Positions 30,525 to 37,225 of a stretch of 43,113 nt of DNA are shown one piece after another. The DNA is from a virus. The stretch spans positions 1 through 43,113 of the IMG/VR virus record IMGVR_UViG_3300036774_000031. The stretch is one strand, 5' to 3'. The notes beneath the pieces are model-generated. The model was given only the letters and a program-made list of their open reading frames with translations. It did not search any database and was not told the DNA's origin. Position numbers and translations under genes: made by a program. The stretch's first letter is position 1, and each line of letters begins with the position of its first letter.

Positions 30525-30795
30525 CCCCGCCCCCGTTCACGCACGCGGCCCAGGCGTCTAATGCATCGCATAGGTCTACGTAGCAATTGGTGAGGGAGTC
30601 CTCATCTTCTATGGCTTGTCGTGTTTTGTCGGCGGCCTCAATCACGTCAAGCGCGGCGGCGGACGATGCATACAGATAATCCTTATAGTCCGCAAGATAG
30701 ACCCCATTACCCCAGTTTGCTTTTAGCTCCCGCGCCAGCTCAAGCGCCTTGGATATGTCTGCGCTCATGGCTTTTTCTTCAGACAATTTTTGCAT
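30508..30795 (-). CDS. Hypothetical acidic helical protein (95 aa from ATG 30795)
   Basis: GGAGA lies 8 nt upstream of ATG 30795. The ORF-track start at 30864 (TTG) is less likely. An internal MSADISKA is paralogous to the next ORF's N-terminus. Confidence 0.5.
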   Translation of the reverse strand: MQKLSEEKAMSADISKALELARELKANWGNGVYLADYKDYLYASSAAALDVIEAADKTRQAIEDEDSLTNCYVDLCDALDAWAACVNGGGDEGNS

Positions 30796-30892
30796 GTAAC
30801 ATGTCTCCAAATATTTGATGCTTTCGACACCCAAATACGGCCACAGATTGCAGAAATCCCCCAAGCGGACGGGTTTTTGGAGAAGTGCGTTA

Positions 30893-31015
30893 TCATCTTA
30901 TCCCCTCCAGTTTCGCCTGTAGCGCGGCGAGAGCTTTTTCAACATTCAGCCATCCCTCACTCCAGAATAGATTATGGTCCCCGCCTCCGTTCACGGCCTT
31001 GGATATGTCGGTCAT
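30893..31015 (-). CDS. 40-aa micro-ORF built largely from copies of neighbouring gene ends
   Basis: Hand translation: MTDISKAVNGGGDHNLFWSEGWLNVEKALAALQAKLEGIR. ATGA overlap with the upstream ORF. Below the 60-aa cutoff of the ORF track. Confidence 0.4.
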   Translation of the reverse strand: MTDISKAVNGGGDHNLFWSEGWLNVEKALAALQAKLEGIR

Positions 31016-31182
31016 GGTTCTTTCCCCGAACCATCACAGCGTTCACAAATTTCTGTTGCTACATTGTTTTTGCGACCATTATCCATAAGCCAGCCCATCA
31101 CAAGACTCATGCCGACGGTTACAACGGCAAATAGGCGGTCAATTACATATCCTTTACCATCGCAGCGTTTGCAGTCGGTCAT
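31012..31182 (-). CDS. 56-aa protein with two DnaJ-type CXXCXGXG zinc-finger motifs flanking a hydrophobic segment
   Basis: Hand translation: MTDCKRCDGKGYVIDRLFAVVTVGMSLVMGWLMDNGRKNNVATEICERCDGSGKEP. ATGA overlaps at both ends. Confidence 0.55.
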   Translation of the reverse strand: MTDCKRCDGKGYVIDRLFAVVTVGMSLVMGWLMDNGRKNNVATEICERCDGSGKEP

Positions 31183-31577
31183 AGCTCTATCTCCGAAAGT
31201 TTCGCCTGTAGCGAGGCGAGGGCTTTATTCAGTGGCTCAAAATGTTGTGCAAACATTCCTTTCAGCCAACTCTGATGGTCAAGGTCGCCATGCAACGACG
31301 CTAGAAGCAGTGGTATCTCGACATGGGACGCCTCTTTCGCCACGGCTACAAGCTCGTCCGCACAGTTGCGGAGAAGGGCGATGCCATCCATATTAGGACT
31401 GCCTTTCGCCGCTGGCACAAGTATTCCCTTTTCTTCATGTCGCGTTTCTGCATTGGCTAGGATGATGTTGCGCCCACCGTGGTCGGCAACAAGAACATCA
31501 TTGCCGCCGAAATTGCGCCATCTCCATGGTTCCGGATACATCCCCGCAATCGCCGCTGAGAGATCGTCTAAGGTCAT
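31179..31577 (-). CDS. Hypothetical protein (132 aa), loosely Ead/Ea22-like
   Basis: PWRW...GNDVLVAD.GGR.I...NMDGIALLRNCADELVAV resembles a recurring phage early-protein motif. Weak. Confidence 0.5.
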   Translation of the reverse strand: MTLDDLSAAIAGMYPEPWRWRNFGGNDVLVADHGGRNIILANAETRHEEKGILVPAAKGSPNMDGIALLRNCADELVAVAKEASHVEIPLLLASLHGDLDHQSWLKGMFAQHFEPLNKALASLQAKLSEIEL

Positions 31578-32185
31578 TCGCCTATCTCCTCGATCATTGC
31601 TATGAGGCGCTTGATTTGAGCATCCCCGGCAGCATCCCAGGCAACATTCCTGGCAGCAGCACTGGCAGCAGCCCTGGCAGCAGCACTGGCAGCAGCCCTG
31701 GCAGCAGCCCCGGCAGCATCCCAGGCAACATTCCTGGCAGCATCACCGGCAGCATTCCAGGCAGCATTCCAGGCAGCATTCCAGGCAGCATCCCAGGCAG
31801 CCTCCCTGGCAGCATCACCGGCAGCATTCCAGGCAGCAGCCCAGGCAGCCTCCCTGGCAGCAGCCAACTCCTCTGCCGTCGCTTCGCCATTCGCAAAACG
31901 CTCTGCCACATCACAAGCGGCAACGCTTCTAGGATCAGCATCTTTGACTAATTTCAATGCCTCGCGCGCGCACCATACCGCGAATAGCCTGTTAATTTTG
32001 TCGCTCAAAAATCTTGAAACAACCCACAGTTTGTCTTGGGGCGAAGGGCCATCTAGTTTCAGAATGTCTACGACTGTGCCGGTCCAACCCTCGCTGATGA
32101 ATTTCGCTGGATCATAACAAGGCGACAAGGCGCGAATGTCAGCAATGGTGCGGGTTTTTAGCTTCGCTAGGTCGTCTAAGGTCAT
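31574..32185 (-). CDS. AAW(D/N)AA tetrapeptide-repeat protein (Imm5-like helical N-domain plus ~80-aa repeat array)
   Basis: 203 aa. The N-domain ...RLFAVWCAREALKLVKDADPRSVAACDVAERFANGEATAEEL... is followed by AAWAAAWNAAGDAAREAAWDAAWNAAWNAAWNAAGDAARNVAWDAAGAAARAAASAAARAAASAAARNVAWDAAGDA. Confidence 0.65.
   Translation of the reverse strand: MTLDDLAKLKTRTIADIRALSPCYDPAKFISEGWTGTVVDILKLDGPSPQDKLWVVSRFLSDKINRLFAVWCAREALKLVKDADPRSVAACDVAERFANGEATAEELAAAREAAWAAAWNAAGDAAREAAWDAAWNAAWNAAWNAAGDAARNVAWDAAGAAARAAASAAARAAASAAARNVAWDAAGDAQIKRLIAMIEEIGE
31624..31866. repeat. 12-bp-period imperfect tandem repeat (GGCAGCATYCCA-type) inside the AAW-repeat gene
   Basis: Read directly. All three frames on both strands stay open across it. 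Confidence 0.85.
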
Positions 32186-32376
32186 CCTTCCCCCTCCTTC
32201 TCGCCGAAAGTGGCCAAGATCCGGTGGGCCATCGCCAATGCTTCGTCTGGGCTAAGGGACATGGCGCTAGGCGCCCAAAATTTCCCTTCACTATCTACAT
32301 AGGCTTTTCCCAGCCTTGCCTCGAACGGCCTCGGCGACATTTTTACAAGCGCCGCGTACTCTGATGCGAGGCTCAT
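32182..32376 (-). CDS. Hypothetical protein (64 aa)
   Basis: ATGA-coupled at both ends within the leftward operon. Confidence 0.5.
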   Translation of the reverse strand: MSLASEYAALVKMSPRPFEARLGKAYVDSEGKFWAPSAMSLSPDEALAMAHRILATFGEKEGEG

Positions 32377-32558
32377 GTTTCACGTACTCCGATAATTATT
32401 TCATTGGGATCGCGCGGTTCATATGGCGACACATTTATTAATGATCCATTTTCGTCAACCCAAATTGATTGACCATATAACAACAAATCCCGTTGATATC
32501 TTTCCAAGTCACCTTGCAAAAATAATCGTGCCTCGATTTCTTCGACTGTGATTTTCAA
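32373..32558 (-). CDS. Hypothetical protein (61 aa from TTG 32558; the ORF extends to 32717)
   Basis: The C-terminal part KITVEEIEARLFLQGDLERYQRDLLLYGQSIWVDENGSLINV looks coding. The N-terminal part of the long ORF is Arg/His-rich and overlaps a zinc-ribbon ORF in another frame. A TTGA overlap with that ORF is proposed. Confidence 0.4.
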   Translation of the reverse strand: MKITVEEIEARLFLQGDLERYQRDLLLYGQSIWVDENGSLINVSPYEPRDPNEIIIGVRET

Positions 32559-32779
32559 TGCACCCGTCCGCGTCCGGCGCCCATGCGCGGTTGATATTTC
32601 TTGACCTTTGATGATGCGATGATTTCGGCACATGTGTCGCATCGTTCGATGTCCAGCCATCGCACTTGTCCCACCATGTCGCGCCGGCACCCGTATGCCA
32701 GCCAGCATTGCGGACAAACCTTTGTATGGCCAGTGTCGGCATATCCCCTAACCCTTGCTCGTTCGTCGACGTCGGTCAC
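32555..32779 (-). CDS. Small zinc-ribbon protein (74 aa)
   Basis: CPQC...(21 aa)...CDTC. The GTG start overlaps the upstream stop (GTGA). Confidence 0.5.
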   Translation of the reverse strand: MTDVDERARVRGYADTGHTKVCPQCWLAYGCRRDMVGQVRWLDIERCDTCAEIIASSKVKKYQPRMGAGRGRVH

Positions 32780-33000
32780 GTTGTCCCTTTCTTATATTCT
32801 GAAATGTAAAACTGATCGCCGCATTGTGCGCAGATGATAGCTGTGCCGGCCGGAAACGGCGCATGATGATGCGTGTACTGCACTTGGCAATACGGGCACC
32901 ATGCCAGCCAATATTCGAACTGTCGGACGATCTGATAAATCCGCCGCTCCGGTGGTTTGAAGTCCGGCCCGACGGATTGGATTGGGCGCTTGCGTTTCAT
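32776..33000 (-). CDS. Small zinc-ribbon protein (74 aa)
   Basis: CPYC...(21 aa)...CAQC. Basic N-terminus MKRKRP. Confidence 0.55.
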   Translation of the reverse strand: MKRKRPIQSVGPDFKPPERRIYQIVRQFEYWLAWCPYCQVQYTHHHAPFPAGTAIICAQCGDQFYISEYKKGTT

Positions 33001-33254
33001 TGTTGGCGCAGTCGCTCCATCACATCATCATATGGTTTCTGTCTGATCACATCCTCGTTCTGTTGCCTGAGTTCGATTTCTGGCAGGCATAGATTGACGA
33101 CTTGTTGATTATAGCGTGCAGCCAAATGGATCAATTCATTCGACCACGTCAAATGATCGTCGTTTGACATATCGTCCGCCAGCCGATCAGCAATGGCGAT
33201 AAGCGATGCCCTGATTTTGGCTTGGGTCGTGATGGATATCATTTTATTTTCCAT
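32997..33254 (-). CDS. Hypothetical helical protein (85 aa from ATG 33254, or 81 aa from 33242)
   Basis: MENKMISITTQAKIRASLIAIADRLADD... looks coding. The upstream VTVPVT part of the track ORF is an open alternative frame of the hexanucleotide repeat. Confidence 0.5.
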   Translation of the reverse strand: MENKMISITTQAKIRASLIAIADRLADDMSNDDHLTWSNELIHLAARYNQQVVNLCLPEIELRQQNEDVIRQKPYDDVMERLRQQ

Positions 33255-33273
33255 TGAGTAAATTTTTTTGGTG

Positions 33274-33618
33274 TCAACCGTAACCGGAACCGTCACCGTA
33301 ACCGTAACCGGAACCGTCACCGTAACCGTAACCGGAACCGTCACCGTAACCGGAACCGTCACCGTAACCGTCACCGTAACCGTTACCGTCACCGGAACCG
33401 GAACCGGAACCGTTACCGTTACCGTCACCGTCACCGGAACCGTTACCGTCACCGGAACCGGAACCGGAACCGTTACCGTTACCGTCACCGTAACCGTAAC
33501 CGGAACCGTCACCGTCACCGTAACCGGAACCGTCACCGTAACCGGAACCGGAACCGTAACCGTAACCGGAACCGTAACCGTAACCGGAACCGTAACCGTC
33601 AATCGTTATTGTTGCCAT
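33274..33618 (-). CDS. (Gly-X)n low-complexity protein, 114 aa: MATITID followed by 107 residues of strictly alternating G-[Y/S/D/N]
   Basis: ATG 33618 overlaps the upstream gene's end by 13 nt. The frame stops exactly at the end of the repeat (TGA 33274-76). 17 Tyr lie in the two flanks; the centre is N/S/D-only. Confidence 0.5.
   Translation of the reverse strand: MATITIDGYGSGYGYGSGYGYGSGSGYGDGSGYGDGDGSGYGYGDGNGNGSGSGSGDGNGSGDGDGNGNGSGSGSGDGNGYGDGYGDGSGYGDGSGYGYGDGSGYGYGDGSGYG
33277..33600. repeat. ~54 tandem hexanucleotide units (GGAACC/GTAACC/GTCACC/GTTACC on the plus strand)
   Basis: Read directly. Open in three listed ORF-track frames. Confidence 0.9.
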
Positions 33619-33929
33619 ACTGGCACCGCCTCGATTGATGCGCGGGCTTTCGCCGTCACATCGATGATTTCGATTGTTTGCAGCAATTCGACGCGGTCGA
33701 CGGCACATGGGAATTTGCATTGATTTGGTTGCGATGTTCCATCTGTTGCCAATTGCGACAATGATGCGGCGCCAGCCCAATACCAGATGCGTCGCGCATT
33801 GCGCAATACGACTTCCTGTCCTTTGCGTGATTCGAGTTCGCCGGCAAACACGCCCGCCGAGTACGTCCGTGCGATCACATACTTTTTTGATGTCGATTTC
33901 TTTGCTGGTTTCTTCTTTGTCTTTTTCAC
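33606..33929 (-). CDS. Conserved phage protein of unknown function (107 aa, K-rich N-terminus)
   Basis: ARTYSAGVFAGEL...NARRIWYWAGAASLSQLA is a motif I recall from many phage genomes. Function unknown. Confidence 0.6.
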   Translation of the reverse strand: MKKTKKKPAKKSTSKKYVIARTYSAGVFAGELESRKGQEVVLRNARRIWYWAGAASLSQLATDGTSQPNQCKFPCAVDRVELLQTIEIIDVTAKARASIEAVPVWQQ

Positions 33930-33932
33930 GAT

Positions 33933-34505
33933 TCACTCCTTTGTTTGGTTTGACAATACATCCGTGATGGCAATGATCTGATCAGCCATATGTTCGGTTT
34001 GCTGTTTCACATATTGAATTGTTCGATACGATGATCCACGCATATGTTCGTATTTTTGCATATACGGACTCACATCATTGCAATGTCCGCAATCAAATCC
34101 GAAAAACCATAACGATGGATCTGATGATGCGAAATGCGGTGACGCGAAAGTTATGCCACCGTGAACGTCGACAATTTTATCCATCGTGGGGTCGTTGAAA
34201 TGTTCGCCGCATAGTAATTGAAGCATAACGGCCATTGATGGGTGCTCGCCAATCGGTTGTTCTTTTCGTTTTTCCCACATGGCGCGCAGTGATTCAATTC
34301 TGTCACTATATTGAATCCCGTGTAATGGGTTGCTTTTTGGCACACCGACATATGCACACCAGTGCAATAGCGTGGAATGGCGAACGGCCAAACACAACAA
34401 TCCCTTATATGTCCACTCTTCATAATCCGATTCGGAATCCCATGACCCTCCTTGATAATTAAGTTTTTCTTTTTTGGTTCGTTCCAAATAATCATTCGGT
34501 ATCAT
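33933..34505 (-). CDS. Conserved phage protein of unknown function (190 aa)
   Basis: VHGGITF...WFFGFDCGHCND is a motif recurrent in phage early proteins. No function known to me. Confidence 0.6.
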   Translation of the reverse strand: MIPNDYLERTKKEKLNYQGGSWDSESDYEEWTYKGLLCLAVRHSTLLHWCAYVGVPKSNPLHGIQYSDRIESLRAMWEKRKEQPIGEHPSMAVMLQLLCGEHFNDPTMDKIVDVHGGITFASPHFASSDPSLWFFGFDCGHCNDVSPYMQKYEHMRGSSYRTIQYVKQQTEHMADQIIAITDVLSNQTKE

Positions 34506-35515
34506 TTATTCGGTTCCCATGCTGACAGCCGATCCGCCGCGGCGATGATTTGGTTTGGCGTGGCGTTGTTGCGACCGGATATCAATAAGGCGAATTGTTC
34601 CGGTGTCAGTCCGAGGATTTCGGCCGATATACCGCCTGCCTTTAAAACACCGGCGGCTGCCTTTTCTAGTTCGGCGATTGCATTTTTGCGGTCCGCTGCC
34701 GTGTGAACAATGTCACCCGCCATCGGCGCATCTTCGCCTGCCAACAACGCATCGCGCTTGGATGGATCCGGCATCGCCGGCATCACCTCATAATTCATAT
34801 CGATCACCTTGGCATTCTGCTGCTCCTCATCCTCGTCGATGGCAATGGCATCGCGTATTTCAATCGATGTTGGCAGCATCTTGAACAGCCGGCGCACGAT
34901 TGTTTTTTTGGCCATTTCATCAAATGCCGTGGTCCATGGCGATGTTCGCGGGCTATTTTTGAATCCGCTCGAATATGTGTCGCGGATGTGTTCGACGTCG
35001 CCTTTGCTCATCACGTCAAATTGGATGCCGCCATCTTTGAGTTTGGCGACGGCGTAAACGAATGCGAGTTCCTGTGACTTGAATTTGGGATGATGGACAA
35101 TCTTGCTTTCGGTGCCGAGTTCGATTTCAAATACGTCGCCGTCGTAAACGCACCGCGCCTCAATCGACACGATGTTGCCGCTGCGCCGCGCCAAGTCAAC
35201 CATGCCGCGGTAACCGAGTTGCAGTTGGACCTCGCGGCCGTACGGAATCAGATAGCAATGACCTAATGCGCCGCCTGGTTCCAACCCCAACTGTGATGCC
35301 TTGACGACCGATCCGAAGAACGACATGGCGTCGCATTGCATCAACTTCGGCGTATTGCGGAGTTCCGTCAATGCCACGCGCATCATGCGATCGGTTGACA
35401 CATGTTTCGGCAGCGCGTCCTCGATGGCCTTGCGGTGCGTCCTGAATACGTCAAGGACTTCGGTAACCATCTTTGGCGGCGGCGGCGCTTTCGTGATTTG
35501 ATTTGGGGCGTTCAT
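34502..35515 (-). CDS. recT: RecT-family single-strand annealing recombinase
   Basis: LRNTPKLMQCDAMSFFGSVVKASQLGLEPGGALGHCYLIPYGREVQLQLGYRGMVDLARRSG is the classic RecT core. Confidence 0.9.
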   Translation of the reverse strand: MNAPNQITKAPPPPKMVTEVLDVFRTHRKAIEDALPKHVSTDRMMRVALTELRNTPKLMQCDAMSFFGSVVKASQLGLEPGGALGHCYLIPYGREVQLQLGYRGMVDLARRSGNIVSIEARCVYDGDVFEIELGTESKIVHHPKFKSQELAFVYAVAKLKDGGIQFDVMSKGDVEHIRDTYSSGFKNSPRTSPWTTAFDEMAKKTIVRRLFKMLPTSIEIRDAIAIDEDEEQQNAKVIDMNYEVMPAMPDPSKRDALLAGEDAPMAGDIVHTAADRKNAIAELEKAAAGVLKAGGISAEILGLTPEQFALLISGRNNATPNQIIAAADRLSAWEPNK

Positions 35516-35745
35516 TTTGGATCCCTATTCAATGCGTTAATTAATGCATCTGCTATCTCTACTGCTGCGCGGGTAGCGGTGAGAGTCGACCGCACCGGGC
35601 TTGCCGCCATCAATCCGCACAATATTTGTGCGGCAAAATATTCGCGTTTTGATAGACCTGATGCCTTGTGATGATACTCGGTTTCCGGCATGGTGAATGC
35701 CGGTTCGTCGGGCACGCATTCGTTGTCCTTGATTTCATCATCCAT
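35512..35745 (-). CDS. Hypothetical protein (77 aa from ATG 35745)
   Basis: ATGGATGA overlap with the upstream stop. MDDEIKDNECVPDEPAF...LSKREYFAAQILCGLMA. Confidence 0.5.
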   Translation of the reverse strand: MDDEIKDNECVPDEPAFTMPETEYHHKASGLSKREYFAAQILCGLMAASPVRSTLTATRAAVEIADALINALNRDPK

Positions 35746-36388
35746 TGGTTTTGCCTTTCTTTTTCTTTTCCAATTGTTCAGGGACCAGGACCGGAAATTC
35801 AACCCAATTGCCGCGCGTGATCTGCGCCGGCAAGACACCTTCCTTCAAATCGCCAGACAGCAAGTCGGCTTTGATCTTAGCGGCATCCCATCGATATTCG
35901 CGGATCATCTGCACATAATTGGGATGCTCGACGAAATCTTGGGGCGATGCCGGCCGTGTCATCTCCATTGCTGGCGGTGACGTCCGCAGACGCGCCGAGA
36001 ACATGTTACCGGGGATCTTTTCGATGTGCTGCATTGCCATTGTTTCGGCGACATACTTTTTCAGCCGTCCTTGGTTGGCGCCGATGGCGCGCGCCTTCTC
36101 CAGCAATGGTTTGGCGCACCCGCGCAGGTATGCCTCGACGTTTTCCATCCTGTCGATCACGGATTTAATGGCGTCGACCTTATCGCGGATCTGTCCAATC
36201 AGTTGCGCCGGATCAAAATTGGGGTCCTCGAGAAGTTCATCCGACCGGACGAGTTGCGCGACAAGATCTTGAAACGTGGGCGCTGGAATTTGTTGCATCG
36301 GCGGCCCTTCCCACGCGGCCCTTTCAGGTGCAACGGCGCCAGATGCCGGCGTTGGCAATTGATTTCCTACGGGGGCGGTTGTGATCAT
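35738..36388 (-). CDS. Siphovirus Gp157-like protein (recombination-module partner)
   Basis: 216 aa, helical. The pattern IDRMENVEAYLRGCAKPLLEKARAIG...LKKYVAETM...F.ARLRTSPPAMEM resembles Sipho_Gp157. Adjacent to recT, as in many phages. Confidence 0.55.
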   Translation of the reverse strand: MITTAPVGNQLPTPASGAVAPERAAWEGPPMQQIPAPTFQDLVAQLVRSDELLEDPNFDPAQLIGQIRDKVDAIKSVIDRMENVEAYLRGCAKPLLEKARAIGANQGRLKKYVAETMAMQHIEKIPGNMFSARLRTSPPAMEMTRPASPQDFVEHPNYVQMIREYRWDAAKIKADLLSGDLKEGVLPAQITRGNWVEFPVLVPEQLEKKKKGKTNG

Positions 36389-36555
36389 GACGATCCTTTC
36401 GGAAGTTGAATGATGGATGGATTCTGAATATGCTGCATCAACAGCAGTCGCACATACGCCACGACAGACAGACGCGCTTCGCGCGCCATCTTTCGCAGTT
36501 CGTCCATCTCGAATGGGTCGAGATCGACTTGGAGCATTAGTCGGCTTGGATTCAT
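36385..36555 (-). CDS. Ribbon-helix-helix (CopG/Arc-like) protein, first gene of the leftward operon
   Basis: ATG 36555 with a GAGG SD. MNPSRLMLQVDLDPFEMDELRKMAREARLSVVAYVRLLLMQHI fits a beta-strand plus two helices. Confidence 0.6.
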   Translation of the reverse strand: MNPSRLMLQVDLDPFEMDELRKMAREARLSVVAYVRLLLMQHIQNPSIIQLPKGSS

Positions 36556-36646
36556 GGTCGCCTCATATTTATGATCAAGGTAAAATCGATGGCAATCATA
36601 TATATTTTTCACAGGAAATAAACAGTAAAATAAAGGATCGCTTGAC
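36556..36646. promoter_or_regulatory. AT-rich divergent intergenic region between the leftward (RHH...) and rightward (HNH...) operons
   Basis: This is the transcription switch point by gene orientation. Candidate leftward promoter: TTGCCA-17nt-ATAAAT. No experimental support. Confidence 0.4.
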
Positions 36647-36961
36647 ATGATCCCACATGCGAAAATACGTAATGCTGTCAGGAAGTTGTGGCTTTGGTCG
36701 CCAGAACGGACTGCGGCCATGCGGGCGGCACGGCGCGGACGCGGACTTTACCTTTGCGCCATATGTCGCCAGACGCTCCGGACTCGAGATTTCAAGCCTG
36801 AAGTCGACCATATTGTGCCGGTTGGCCCGACGCCCGGCAGCCAGCGCGATCCCCACGGCGATTGGACGGCCTGGATGGCGCGGATGTTCGTCGACCAGAC
36901 TGGCCTCAGGGTCCTGTGTCCTCAGTGCCATCTGGGTTTGAAGGCGGTCGGCAAAAAATAG
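36647..36961 (+). CDS. Small HNH endonuclease
   Basis: CAICRQ...EVDHIVPV...RVLCPQCH is the HNH pattern. AAGGA SD. Confidence 0.75.
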   Translation: MIPHAKIRNAVRKLWLWSPERTAAMRAARRGRGLYLCAICRQTLRTRDFKPEVDHIVPVGPTPGSQRDPHGDWTAWMARMFVDQTGLRVLCPQCHLGLKAVGKK

Positions 36962-37021
36962 TTTATAAAAGTCCATATCTGGATATATGATGTCCCATCG
37001 ATAATCAACGGCAGGGCATAT

Positions 37022-37225
37022 ATGCAGCAGCAGACGGCGGACGATCCGTTGCTCACGCCACGCGAAGCGGCAAAACTTCTCGGCGTTAGTACGCATCAAT
37101 TGTGGAAATACGGGCGGTTGAAAAAATTTCGGGTCGTCAAATTATCGCGGCGAATGGTGCGATATCCGCGGTCTGAGATCCTGGCATTCATTCAACGTGG
37201 GATGGGTGATGCATGTGGATCATAA
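37022..37225 (+). CDS. Excisionase/AlpA-type HTH (HTH_17) DNA-binding protein
   Basis: LLTPREAAKLLGVSTHQLWKYGRLKKF..VKLSRRMVRYPRSEILAFI. Confidence 0.7.
   Translation: MQQQTADDPLLTPREAAKLLGVSTHQLWKYGRLKKFRVVKLSRRMVRYPRSEILAFIQRGMGDACGS

Noticed and set aside
31526-31951. Plus-strand PGSIPGS-repeat ORF (141 aa) and minus-strand LPGMLPG ORF (113 aa)
   Set aside because: These are alternative frames of the 12-bp repeat. The AAW frame is continuous with a non-repetitive N-domain and is ATGA-coupled to its neighbours.
31624-33600. Possibility that the tandem repeat arrays are CRISPR arrays
   Set aside because: The units are 6-24 bp, contiguous, and lack unique spacers. There are no cas genes. 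They lie inside ORFs.
32997-33723. VTVPVT-repeat frame (minus, 201-aa ORF) and TVTGTV-repeat frame (plus, 151-aa ORF) over the hexanucleotide repeat
   Set aside because: All frames are open because the unit is 6 bp. Only the Gly-X frame has a start coupled to the upstream gene and a stop at the repeat's end. The VT frame is used only downstream of the repeat, where a normal protein begins at ATG 33254.
36596-37099. 167-aa minus-strand ORF spanning the divergent region and the HNH gene
   Set aside because: It is antisense to an ORF with clear HNH motifs, has no recognisable motifs of its own, and would run through the promoter region.
37022-37225. The Xis-like HTH as evidence of a temperate, integrating lifestyle
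   Set aside because: HTH_17/AlpA-type domains are common transcriptional regulators, and no integrase or att-like repeats were found.
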